From Patescibacteria group bacterium (GTDB lineage: Bacteria; Patescibacteriota; Microgenomatia; UBA8517): DNA of 64,000 nucleotides. The notes under the pieces are model-generated. The model saw only the letters and a list, made by a program, of their open reading frames with translations. It did no database searches and was not told the DNA's origin. Shown piece after piece: positions 16,853-25,274 of the stretch. The translations under genes were made by a program, and so were the position numbers. Position 1 is the stretch's first letter. The number at the start of each line of letters is the position of its first letter. The DNA lies in contig JALHYA010000001.1 of the NCBI GenBank assembly GCA_022868165.1, positions 12,937-76,936 of the forward strand. The letters are read 5' to 3'.

Positions 16853-18277
16853 TCAGGCTATTTTACCATTTCGGGGAATCGAAAGCGAAATAATTTTTCT
16901 CAACTCGTCGATAATAATCCAAAAATCGGGCTTCTCGAGCGTTATCATCTGGAATTGAACGGCGTTGGTAAACACTTTGGAATCTTTTGCGAGTCTAAGA
17001 GAACCTACAAAAAAGCCCGAATTTTTGGGCGATGTCCCCCTAAAGAAAAGTATCCCTGTTCTTCTTGGCTCGATCTCGCCGAAAATCGGAATTTGCAAAT
17101 CTATGTTTTTGTTATCCAGCATTAGAGAAAGTTCTCCGTTTTTCCAAATCGATTGTCCCGTATTTTTGGCCAGAGCAATACCCCAAAACGTTTGATTGGA
17201 ACCAAGAAACGGCGGAATAAATAAGGCCATTATCTCCCCCGAGGTTTCCTGTTGGGGTTTCCCCGATTGTTTCGTCAGCGACGACACATCGTCGTAGAAT
17301 TTATAAAATTTTCCTGCGCTTTGTTTCCAACTGAATTGGGCAAAAAGCCCGTCGGTATAGGAAAGAATAAAAGGAGTTACTGCTACCACTCTTTTATCGT
17401 TCCATACGCTTTCGAAAGCAAATTTGAATTTGTCTCCCAAAGAGTCAGGATTTAAAAAGGCCCTTGTTTTCGGGTCGTCCGTTGTATGTGCCCAACCGGT
17501 TTCGGTGATAAAAACCGGCAGCTCTTTTTTAACCCCCAGAGAAGATAAAAGACTCAATTCCCAAACATAAGTTCTTACGGAACCTCGGCCGGTATCCGTT
17601 TCCGAACCGGTAAAATTGGGATTCGGATATGAGTGGGAAGACCATCCGTCAATGTATTTCAGGGCATCCGGAACGCTACTCACCATATTGGTCAAAAAAG
17701 TGGCCTCGTCCGTTGTATCTTTGGAGTTGGGAGCAGAAGCATCGAAACCCGCAGGCAGGACAAAATAATCAGGATTGTCGGCTTTAAGCTTTGAAGAAAA
17801 TGCCAAAAGATACTCTCCGTATTCTTTGGGGTTAACGAAACCTCCCCACTCCTTGGCGTGGTTGGGCTCGTTTCCGATTATGATATAGCGGTTTTTTATT
17901 ACCCAATTGAGACCGTCAAAAAAAGATATCCAGCCGTCTATTTCATCGGTAGAGGGTTTTTCCCAAGTCGAACCGTCTCCTACACCTTGTGTTGCTATTC
18001 GCACGATAGGAATAAGGTGGGCTCTTCTGGCCTGGTCGAATACCTTCTGCCAAGTGTTTATATCTCTTTGATTCTTTTGAATGACTAAAGTGATGTAGCC
18101 CCAATCCCCCCCGGTGGAATTTACCAAATGAGCAGCATCCTGCAAATCGGAAGAGTTTTCTATATGTATCCCGAATTTGTTATTGGGAACGCTTGTAGGG
18201 TCGTAGATTGCTAATGTTGTTGATGGTATTAGAACAAGAAGAGCCAAAGCAATGAAGATGCAAAAGATTTTTTTCAT
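16853..18277 (-). CDS. Secreted clan GH-A-like glycoside hydrolase
   Basis: Signal peptide MKKIFCIF; GNEPN acid/base, HSYP and ITETGW nucleophile motifs. Confidence 0.75.
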   Translation of the reverse strand: MKKIFCIFIALALLVLIPSTTLAIYDPTSVPNNKFGIHIENSSDLQDAAHLVNSTGGDWGYITLVIQKNQRDINTWQKVFDQARRAHLIPIVRIATQGVGDGSTWEKPSTDEIDGWISFFDGLNWVIKNRYIIIGNEPNHAKEWGGFVNPKEYGEYLLAFSSKLKADNPDYFVLPAGFDASAPNSKDTTDEATFLTNMVSSVPDALKYIDGWSSHSYPNPNFTGSETDTGRGSVRTYVWELSLLSSLGVKKELPVFITETGWAHTTDDPKTRAFLNPDSLGDKFKFAFESVWNDKRVVAVTPFILSYTDGLFAQFSWKQSAGKFYKFYDDVSSLTKQSGKPQQETSGEIMALFIPPFLGSNQTFWGIALAKNTGQSIWKNGELSLMLDNKNIDLQIPIFGEIEPRRTGILFFRGTSPKNSGFFVGSLRLAKDSKVFTNAVQFQMITLEKPDFWIIIDELRKIISLSIPRNGKIA

Positions 18278-18286
18278 CAAAATAAG

Positions 18287-18360
18287 TGACCCAGGCGCGA
18301 ATCGAACGCGCAACCTACTCCTTAGAGGGGAGCCGCTCTATCCAATTGAGCTACTGGGTC
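18287..18360 (-). tRNA. tRNA-Arg(TCT)
   Basis: GCTCC-CCTCTAA-GGAGT anticodon arm (C at position 33). Confidence 0.9.
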
Positions 18361-18364
18361 TCGG

Positions 18365-18436
18365 AGCGGGCGATGGGAATTGGACCCACTGTCTCTTCCT
18401 TGGCAAGGAAGCGTTTTACCGGTAAACTACGCCCGC
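18365..18436 (-). tRNA. tRNA-Gly(GCC)
   Basis: CTTCC-TTGCCAA-GGAAG; T-loop TCCAATT. Confidence 0.92.
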
Positions 18437-18438
18437 GC

Positions 18439-18539
18439 AGTGCCGAGGGCGGGACTCGCCGTGCAAAGCATTATACCTTACCTGGCGCTATCGATCCCGA
18501 CCTTGAGCACGAGTCATCGAGTGCCGAGGGCGGGACTCG
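18439..18539. repeat. 20-bp duplication of the tRNA-Leu(TAA) 3' end (18439-18458 and 18520-18539)
   Basis: AGTGCCGAGGGCGGGACTCG occurs twice, 61 bp apart. Confidence 0.85.
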
Positions 18540-18609
18540 AACCCACACGAGGGATTTTACCCTCAAGGGATTTTAAGTCCCTTGTGTCTGCCAATTCCAC
18601 CACCTCGGC
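18522..18609 (-). tRNA. tRNA-Leu(TAA)
   Basis: AGGGA-CTTAAAA-TCCCT; long variable arm. Confidence 0.95.
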
Positions 18610-18690
18610 TAGCCACGTAATTATACGACATAATTGACAACTTCACACCATTTGCTTAAGCTGGAATAGACAGCGAAGGGGGGTGAAATA

Positions 18691-19074
18691 ATGAAAAAAG
18701 TTCTTCCGTTTGTTCTTTTCTGGATAGTCAATTCTCTATTTCTTTATCTGGCTTCGGTTGTCTATCCGTTCAAATTTGTTTTGGGTAATTTTAGGTTTTC
18801 GATGCTTTCGGCAACAATCTGGGCCGGCCTTTGGATAACTGTTTTGGGTTGGTTGGCTATTTGGCTGATCGGAAAGCTTAAAATCAAACTTTCGGGCGTA
18901 GCCCAGATGTTTATATCTTATTGGATAGTAAATGCCGCGGCCGTTTGGATAACAGCCCGTTTGGCAACTATTACAGGCTTTGGCATATTCAGTTTTTGGT
19001 GGGCTATCGGCTTGGGACTTATTCTGAATATTGTTCAGTCTGCTGTTTGGAAGCTGGGCAAATTTGAGATGTAA
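18691..19074 (+). CDS. Four-TM membrane protein (distant DUF360-like)
   Basis: Hydrophobic, WIVN repeated; SD GGGGGTG. Confidence 0.7.
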   Translation: MKKVLPFVLFWIVNSLFLYLASVVYPFKFVLGNFRFSMLSATIWAGLWITVLGWLAIWLIGKLKIKLSGVAQMFISYWIVNAAAVWITARLATITGFGIFSFWWAIGLGLILNIVQSAVWKLGKFEM

Positions 19075-19093
19075 CCCTGGTTGACCTTCGAGG

Positions 19094-19165
19094 TGCGCCT
19101 GGGGGGAATCGAACCCTCATTTTCGGTTCCGAAGACCGACGCTCTATCCGTTGAGCTACAGGCGC
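19094..19165 (-). tRNA. tRNA-Arg(TCG)
   Basis: TCGGT-CTTCGGA-ACCGA. Confidence 0.93.
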
Positions 19166-19201
19166 TTTTTGTGTCTAAATTCAGGTATAATTATACCCCA
19201 G

Positions 19202-20296
19202 ATGAGCGACATTCGCGAACAAATCGAATCGATAGAAAAGGAAATTAGGGAAACCCCTTATCACAAGGGTACGGAACACCATATCGGAAAATTGCGGGCG
19301 AGACGTGCCCGACTCATCGATAAAGAGCTGGGTTTGGAAGCAAAAAAGACCGGCGGCGGGAGCGGCGGAGGATATGCTATCAAAAAACAGGGGGATGCAA
19401 CGGTCGTTTTGGTTGGACCTACCTCCGCCGGAAAATCGACACTAATAAATAGATTTACCAATGCCGAATCAAAGGTTGCCGCTTACGCATTTACGACAGT
19501 ATCTGTTATTCCGGGGATGCTTAAGTATCAGGACGCCTATATTCAAATCTTGGATGTTCCGGGACTTTTGGAAGGCGCAAGTGAAGGCAAGGGGCGTGGA
19601 AAAGAGGTTATTTCCGTAGCCCGTGGAGCCGACCTTTTACTTATAATGACGGATGTTGAAAGAGTCGCTTTTTTGGAAAAAGTTAAAGACGAGTTAAACA
19701 AATCCGGCATCAGAATTAATTCTCTTCCTCCCAAGGTAACCATTGTCAAGAAGAGTTATGGCGGAGTAAATGTTGTCACAAACGTCAAACAGCCGTTGGC
19801 CAAATCGACAATTGCCGAAATGGCCCGTGAATTCGGATTAAGAAATGCAGACATTACGCTAAAGGAATCCGTGAATTTTGAAGATATAATCGACGCTTTT
19901 TCCGGAAACAGGGTCTATTTGCCGGCAATATTTATTATAAACAAAATCGATCAAGAAAAGGATGGTCTCCGATACACCGATACAGATCACGATATCAATA
20001 TTCTAAAGATTAGTGCAGAGAAGGGAACAGGGCTTGATGAGCTCAAAAAGACTCTCTGGGATAAACTGGGTCTAATCAGAGTTTTTCTGGTCGGTCCGGA
20101 CGAGAAACCAAACTTGGACAAACCAATAATTGCAAAAAGCGGCGAGAATTTGGCCAAAGTTGCGGAAAAGCTCTCCACAGATATATTGGAAAGAAAGAAA
20201 CTTGCAAAAATTTGGGGCAATGGAGCACAGTTTCCCGGACAGGAAGTGCCGTTAACCACACCGGCACAGGAGGGAATGCAGGTTAGATTCATTTGA
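19202..20296 (+). CDS. DRG/Rbg-subfamily OBG GTPase with TGS domain
   Basis: TPYHKGTEHHIGKLRAR N-terminus; GKST, YAFTT, IQILDVPGLLEGASEGKGRG, NKID; C-terminal TGS-like region. Confidence 0.85.
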   Translation: MSDIREQIESIEKEIRETPYHKGTEHHIGKLRARRARLIDKELGLEAKKTGGGSGGGYAIKKQGDATVVLVGPTSAGKSTLINRFTNAESKVAAYAFTTVSVIPGMLKYQDAYIQILDVPGLLEGASEGKGRGKEVISVARGADLLLIMTDVERVAFLEKVKDELNKSGIRINSLPPKVTIVKKSYGGVNVVTNVKQPLAKSTIAEMAREFGLRNADITLKESVNFEDIIDAFSGNRVYLPAIFIINKIDQEKDGLRYTDTDHDINILKISAEKGTGLDELKKTLWDKLGLIRVFLVGPDEKPNLDKPIIAKSGENLAKVAEKLSTDILERKKLAKIWGNGAQFPGQEVPLTTPAQEGMQVRFI

Positions 20297-20324
20297 GCAG
20301 CCTTTTTGATATAATAAATGACTT

Positions 20325-20410
20325 GCAGGTGTGGCGGAATGGTAGACGCGCACGGTTCAGGGCCGTGTGCCCCTTATACGGGCGTGGAGGTTCAAATCCT
20401 CCCATCTGCA
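20325..20410 (+). tRNA. tRNA-Leu(CAG)
   Basis: CACGG-TTCAGGG-CCGTG. Confidence 0.95.
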
Positions 20411-20414
20411 CAGC

Positions 20415-20497
20415 GCACTCGTGGCGGAATTGGCATACGCGATAGCTTGAGGAGCTATGCCCGTAAGGGCGTGGGAGTTCGAGTCTCCCCGAGTGCA
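20415..20497 (+). tRNA. tRNA-Leu(GAG)
   Basis: ATAGC-TTGAGGA-GCTAT. Confidence 0.95.
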
Positions 20498-20499
20498 CT

Positions 20500-20703
20500 G
20501 CGTCGGAGCTCGACTTTAGCGCTTTGTTTCTCTTAAAGAAACTTCGCTGTTTTCAGTCGGCTCCTCCTTTCAAAATTGCTGCGCAATTTTGGTAAAGCGT
20601 TATACAAAAATCCGTAGGATTTTTGAGAGGAGGAACAAGCGAGCGGAAAAGATTTGTGCTTCGCAAGAAGCCAAATCGAAATAAGCAAGCTTCGTTCTGA
20701 CGA
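20500..20703. repeat. Nested palindromic non-coding element (MITE/REP-like) between tRNAs
   Basis: Hairpins CAAAATTGC/GCAATTTTG, CAAAAATCC/GGATTTTTG, TCCTCCTTTCAAAA/TTTTGAGAGGAGGA; ends CGTCGGA/TCTGACG. Confidence 0.6.
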
Positions 20704-20704
20704 A

Positions 20705-20778
20705 GGTCGCTTAGCTCAGTTGGTTAGAGCGTGCGGTTTACATCCGCAAGGTCGGGGGTTCGAGACCCTCAGCGACCA
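20705..20778 (+). tRNA. tRNA-Val(TAC)
   Basis: TGCGG-TTTACAT-CCGCA. Confidence 0.95.
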
Positions 20779-20782
20779 CTCA

Positions 20783-20855
20783 GCCGAGGTAGCCAAGGTG
20801 GTCACGGCGGGCGCCTGAAGAGCGTCAGATATGTGTTCGACTCACATCCTCGGCA
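20783..20855 (+). tRNA. tRNA-Phe(GAA)
   Basis: GGCGC-CTGAAGA-GCGTC. Confidence 0.92.
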
Positions 20856-20877
20856 CTTCTGCAAAGCAGAATGGCCC

Positions 20878-21141
20878 ATGTATAAAGTTTATTTGCTTAG
20901 AAGCAAAAAGATAGCAAGCAAATCATACATTGGAATAACTATTAAGTCTGTACATGAACGCTTACAAGAACATAATGAAGGTTTATCTAGATATACCAAA
21001 TCGTTCAGACCTTGGGAGATAATTTACTATGAAAATTTTTATTGTAAAACATGCGCAAAACAAAGAGAAAAGTTTTTGAAGTCAGGATTTGGGTATCGTT
21101 TTAGAAAATTGATCCTAGAGAGTTATACTAAACTTAGATAA
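20878..21141 (+). CDS. Stand-alone GIY-YIG nuclease
   Basis: MYKVYLLRS...SYIGIT...RLQEHN.G...YTK..RPW...E...REKFLKSG. Confidence 0.9.
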   Translation: MYKVYLLRSKKIASKSYIGITIKSVHERLQEHNEGLSRYTKSFRPWEIIYYENFYCKTCAKQREKFLKSGFGYRFRKLILESYTKLR

Positions 21142-21160
21142 TTAATTCTTCTTTGAAGAA

Positions 21161-21233
21161 CGGAGCGTGGCTCAGCTGGTAGAGCGCCTGGTTTGGGACC
21201 AGGAGGTCCCCGGTTCGAATCCGGGCGCTCCGA
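21161..21233 (+). tRNA. tRNA-Pro(TGG)
   Basis: CCTGG-TTTGGGA-CCAGG. Confidence 0.95.
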
Positions 21234-21252
21234 CAAGATAATAGGTTTTTAA

Positions 21253-21323
21253 GCGGGATTAGTTAATCGGCTTAACAACAGCTTTCCAAGCTGTGAAGAG
21301 GGGTTCGACTCCCCTATCCCGCT
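21253..21323 (+). tRNA. tRNA-Gly(TCC)
   Basis: ACAGC-TTTCCAA-GCTGT. Confidence 0.93.
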
Positions 21324-21373
21324 CCGAGTCTTCGAGGAGAGGGTCAAGGTAATCCTTATCCCGCTCCGAATAT

Positions 21374-22090
21374 TTATTGAGCCGCTTTGGAGCTTCCTAC
21401 AAGTACTATCACATCAGAAGTTTCACCCGAAGGCAGAGACTGAGTTTTAGGATCCACCGAATACTTTTTGGACAAGGTTTCGGATAATTTCGTTACGAAA
21501 ACCGAGTCTATGCTTGTTCGGGTCTGTAAAACAGTATCCGTAAAATTATAACTATCCGCATTTCCTGTACCGGAGACTTTAAAACCTGCGGTTGTCAATA
21601 AATCTTGAACCTTTCCTGCTTCCCCTGCTATTCCGCTACCGTTTAAGACTTTAATTTGATATTTGGCTAAGTCAACCTCAGCTGAAGGAGAAGACGAAGG
21701 AGTCGGCAGAGATGACTCTATAGGCGTAGGGGTGGACGAAGAAGCATTTTTGTTTACGGAGTTAAGAAAATAAAAGACACCACCAGCCAAAGCACCAACT
21801 ATTATTGCAACAGGAATCATTATCCAGAATATGTACCAAAGAGATTTTTTCTCTTCGGTGGCTTTGGGAGATTCGGATTTGGGTTCTTTGGCTTCCTCTT
21901 TTTTCTCTTCTTTCGGTTTCTCCGGCTCGGGAGATTTATTCTCCTCCGTGGATTCTTCCTTTACCTCTTCGGCGGGAAGCTCGTCTATCTTTGCTGGCAT
22001 TTGGGCTTCTTCCGCTTCGGCGGTTTCTTGAGGCTCCTTAATCTCTTCTACCACCACTCTTTTTCTGTGTTCTTCGTCCTTTTTTGGCAT
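21374..22090 (-). CDS. Membrane protein with LytR C-terminal domain
   Basis: Acidic N-terminus, TM, then IKVLNGSGIAGEAG...GF.V..TGNA...DVIVLVG. Confidence 0.85.
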   Translation of the reverse strand: MPKKDEEHRKRVVVEEIKEPQETAEAEEAQMPAKIDELPAEEVKEESTEENKSPEPEKPKEEKKEEAKEPKSESPKATEEKKSLWYIFWIMIPVAIIVGALAGGVFYFLNSVNKNASSSTPTPIESSLPTPSSSPSAEVDLAKYQIKVLNGSGIAGEAGKVQDLLTTAGFKVSGTGNADSYNFTDTVLQTRTSIDSVFVTKLSETLSKKYSVDPKTQSLPSGETSDVIVLVGSSKAAQ

Positions 22091-22112
22091 AACTAAATAG
22101 AGTATAAACTAT

Positions 22113-23069
22113 TCAACTTTTGTTGGAAATGACAATTCCCTGTCTTACCGTTTTATCCTCAAGCTCGTACCATTGGTCGATAAAATCCTTGATTTTGACC
22201 ATCCTGTAACCTGCCTCCTCCGCAGGGTCGGAAAGAATAAAGTATTTGTCGTTAAATCCGACAATAACGGAGTAATGACCTTCACCGAATTTGTGCTTGT
22301 ACTGAAAATTGGCGATTACGGGATTACCCTTTTTTATCAAATCTTTAACCTCGTTTGCAGTCATTCCGACTTTATGATAGGCGTTAAAGTTCATCTTTTT
22401 TGCGGCCTCAACGATTTCTTGCGGGGTAGTTCCCTTTTTGGGAGTGCATTTGGTCAGCTTGACAAGATAGGGTTCTGATACCGGCCAACGAAGGTAATCC
22501 AAAACGATTTTCATTGCAGCAGGTCCGCAGGTCCAAACGACACTTTGCCGATATGTGCCTACGGGCAAGATAAAATAACTTCCCTCTTTGAGCAAAATTT
22601 CCAAATGCGAAGCCGTTGTGTGAGCGGTATTGTAGTCTTGCCCCTTCTGCATCAGGCCCCGCTCGATATATTCATGCCAGATAATTGACCACAACTCTTT
22701 TGTGCCTTTGTAAAGCTCGTCTATCCAGATTTCATAACGCGGTACATAAAGATAACGGTAGTCGTGGCCTCCCATTGTAAAATCCACATCTCCGGCCTTA
22801 AGCCCGCTGCGTAGCTTCTCTCCGTTGATAAACCAGACGGAAAGTCCCTGTAAGTTTGTGAATTTTTCTTGTTTGTAACTTAAAAACTTCTTTCCCCGTT
22901 CGGTTTCAAAGAATTTGCGCTTTTGGGCATGATATTCCTTCAGATTTTTGACCTTATCTATCCTCAAGGTTTCTTCCTGAATTTGGTATATTTTTGACAA
23001 TTCCTTAGGCACGAAGACGATTTTGTTTGGCCGAGGTTTGTTTGTGGAAACCCATTTTCTGCTTGGCAT
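22113..23069 (-). CDS. C39-like cysteine peptidase fused to an N-terminal HExxE domain
   Basis: Q....TCGPAA (Cys), GHYSVIVG (His), SDP (Asp); WHEYIER in the N-terminal half. Confidence 0.75.
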   Translation of the reverse strand: MPSRKWVSTNKPRPNKIVFVPKELSKIYQIQEETLRIDKVKNLKEYHAQKRKFFETERGKKFLSYKQEKFTNLQGLSVWFINGEKLRSGLKAGDVDFTMGGHDYRYLYVPRYEIWIDELYKGTKELWSIIWHEYIERGLMQKGQDYNTAHTTASHLEILLKEGSYFILPVGTYRQSVVWTCGPAAMKIVLDYLRWPVSEPYLVKLTKCTPKKGTTPQEIVEAAKKMNFNAYHKVGMTANEVKDLIKKGNPVIANFQYKHKFGEGHYSVIVGFNDKYFILSDPAEEAGYRMVKIKDFIDQWYELEDKTVRQGIVISNKS

Positions 23070-23141
23070 AGGTCAAATTATACCTGAGAAGCCGTTTTAT
23101 GGCAAAGAATCGGCTTTTGAAGTATAATTTCACTGTTATTT

Positions 23142-23214
23142 GGTGGGCGTAGCTCAATGGTAGAGCGCGAGCTTGTGGAGCTTGAGGTTGCGGGTTCGAT
23201 ACCCGTCGCCCACC
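23142..23214 (+). tRNA. tRNA-His(GTG)
   Basis: CGAGC-TTGTGGA-GCTTG; G-1 and C73 present. Confidence 0.95.
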
Positions 23215-23307
23215 CTTAATTCGTTCGGTTGTTATAAATTGCCTCAATTGCCCCTCCCTAGCGAAATTTGACTATCTGTATGTAGAGATCTATTATTACG
23301 GTCCATC

Positions 23308-23970
23308 ATGTCAAAAGGCCCCGAAATTCTTGTAACTGGTGGGGAAGATATCCCCGAAGAGTATAAAAATAACCCCAATAGTCCTGAACTTCTTACTCAA
23401 TTTATGCGTGTATTTTGGCAAGAAGCGGGCCAAAGGATAGGGAAATGCTATGTTGTCGATGAATTTCCTTTGACAGCTGAAGATCTTGGAGAAAGACAAA
23501 AAGAGGACCGTATGGCTATTTTTGTACCACACGACGTAACGAGACACGACCTGGTTGAAATGTTCCCAAAAATGGGAAGTTTGGCAACTCAACAAAGTTT
23601 ATCCATCGACAATAAGGCTGGAGCCGGTTGTTGGCTTTGGATTGAATCCTCTGATTACAACCTCAGAAAATATTTAAATTCGGAAGAAATATCCAAAGGA
23701 TTTCTAGGACAATCTTTAAGAACATACATTATCGGGGGCCAGATTCGTAAATTATTAACCCGTAGGTATTTTGACCAAGCAGGATCAGATGTCTCACGAC
23801 TGACCGGACACAGCCCTTGGGAATTCCGGACTTTGCTCGCCAAATTTAGTTACGATGGGCATTTAAGTGTCTGGAGTCTAAGTGAGTGGAGTTGTAGAGG
23901 CGCTAGTTCTGACCTGGAAATCTCGGGTTATCGTACGGAGCAGTTGGTTAAGCCACCTTCAGTGGCATAA
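23308..23970 (+). CDS. Hypothetical protein
   Basis: 220-aa ORF with a -10-like box upstream. Confidence 0.65.
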   Translation: MSKGPEILVTGGEDIPEEYKNNPNSPELLTQFMRVFWQEAGQRIGKCYVVDEFPLTAEDLGERQKEDRMAIFVPHDVTRHDLVEMFPKMGSLATQQSLSIDNKAGAGCWLWIESSDYNLRKYLNSEEISKGFLGQSLRTYIIGGQIRKLLTRRYFDQAGSDVSRLTGHSPWEFRTLLAKFSYDGHLSVWSLSEWSCRGASSDLEISGYRTEQLVKPPSVA

Positions 23971-24038
23971 AACAGAAGTCAATCGTACCTTCATAGACTG
24001 CGGATTCTTAAAAATTAGTATCAGGTATAATATCTCCA

Positions 24039-24983
24039 ATGCTTATAGATGAGATTGCTGTGGTTTTCAAAGGAGGAGATGGTGGAAATGGAAAAGTATC
24101 CTTTGGAAAGATGCTTCGATCTGGTCCAGATGGTGGAAATGGTGGAGATGGAGGAGATTTGTATCTGGAAGCTGCCTCAGATTTAACCTTACTTAATCAA
24201 TTCTCAGCTAAGGACGAGATTCAAGCCCAAAATGGTGAGTCTGGGCGTAAAAACAAAATGTCTGGAGTCAAAGGTTCAGATATTGTTTTATTTGTTCCTT
24301 TTGGAACAAACATTAAAGATGTAGAAACTCTTGAGGAGTGGAATTTGGAGAAGGTACACGAAAGAATTCTTCTTTGTAAGGGAGGGGTACGGGGAAAAGG
24401 AAATTGGGAATTTAGAAGTCCAACCAATACTACCCCAAGGTATGCAGAGTCAGGTGAAAGGGGGCAAAAAAGAAATCTTTTTCTTACTTTGAAGTTTATT
24501 GCAGACTTTGGCCTTATTGGTCTACCTAATACAGGAAAAAGCAGTTTACTCAAGGAACTAACAAATGCCAAACCCAAAATTGCCAGTTATGCATTTACTA
24601 CTCTTTCTCCTAATTTGGGGGTGATAGAAAATGGCAAGATAATTACAGATATTCCTGGCCTTATTGAAGGAGCCCATTTAGGTAAGGGGCTAGGTATTAG
24701 ATTTTTGAAACACATTGAGAAAGTAAGACTCCTTCTTCACTGCATTTCTTCCGATTCGAAAGACGCAATCAAAGATTATCAGGTCGTAAGAAATGAGCTC
24801 GGAAGCTACAACAAATTGCTTCTCACAAAAAGGGAGATTATTCTTCTGACGAAATCCGACCTCCTTGATTCATCTGAATTAAAAAAGAAACTTAAAGAGT
24901 TGTCTAAAACAACTAAAACTGTAATAAAACTTTCAATCTATGACCACCCAAGTTTGGAAGCGCTCAAGAAGGTGTTAATATAG
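24039..24983 (+). CDS. obgE: GTPase ObgE/CgtA, without C-terminal extension
   Basis: Gly-rich OBG fold GGDGGNG...GPDGGNGGDGG; GLPNTGKS, YAFTT, DIPGLIEGAH. Confidence 0.95.
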   Translation: MLIDEIAVVFKGGDGGNGKVSFGKMLRSGPDGGNGGDGGDLYLEAASDLTLLNQFSAKDEIQAQNGESGRKNKMSGVKGSDIVLFVPFGTNIKDVETLEEWNLEKVHERILLCKGGVRGKGNWEFRSPTNTTPRYAESGERGQKRNLFLTLKFIADFGLIGLPNTGKSSLLKELTNAKPKIASYAFTTLSPNLGVIENGKIITDIPGLIEGAHLGKGLGIRFLKHIEKVRLLLHCISSDSKDAIKDYQVVRNELGSYNKLLLTKREIILLTKSDLLDSSELKKKLKELSKTTKTVIKLSIYDHPSLEALKKVLI

Positions 24984-24994
24984 TTAAACGGTCT

Positions 24995-25246
24995 TTAGTT
25001 AATTCTGGCTTCGGCAATATGTTCTTGGCGGGCTTGTTCCCGAAGCTCGGCTTCGTGTTTTTGAACGTTTCTTCTGTCGGTTTCTCGCTGAAGATCACTT
25101 TCAACCTTTTTTTGGCATGAAGCATCGGGACATGAAGTTTGCGTGTAAACTAAGATTCCGGAAATAGATTTTTCTTCCCAGGTCTTAATTACAATTCTGT
25201 CTTTTCCGCAGCGTGGGCAGGGGTTTGAGACGAGTGTGCGTGTGAT
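24995..25246 (-). CDS. Small Zn-ribbon/coiled-coil protein with no ATG/GTG/TTG start (absent from ORF track)
   Basis: ITRTLVSNPCPRCGKDRIVIKTW...TSCPDASCQKKV...; ATC lies 5 nt after TATAAT. Confidence 0.6.
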   Translation of the reverse strand: MTRTLVSNPCPRCGKDRIVIKTWEEKSISGILVYTQTSCPDASCQKKVESDLQRETDRRNVQKHEAELREQARQEHIAEARIN

Positions 25247-25274
25247 AGCCTATTATACCACCAATTTGCCTTTA

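Noticed and set aside
12376-20877. ORF-track N-terminal extensions and short ORFs across tRNAs (e.g. starts 13212, 18313, 19151, 20731; ORFs 18286-18637, 20289-20536)
   Set aside because: They overlap clear tRNA genes; downstream starts fit the protein families better
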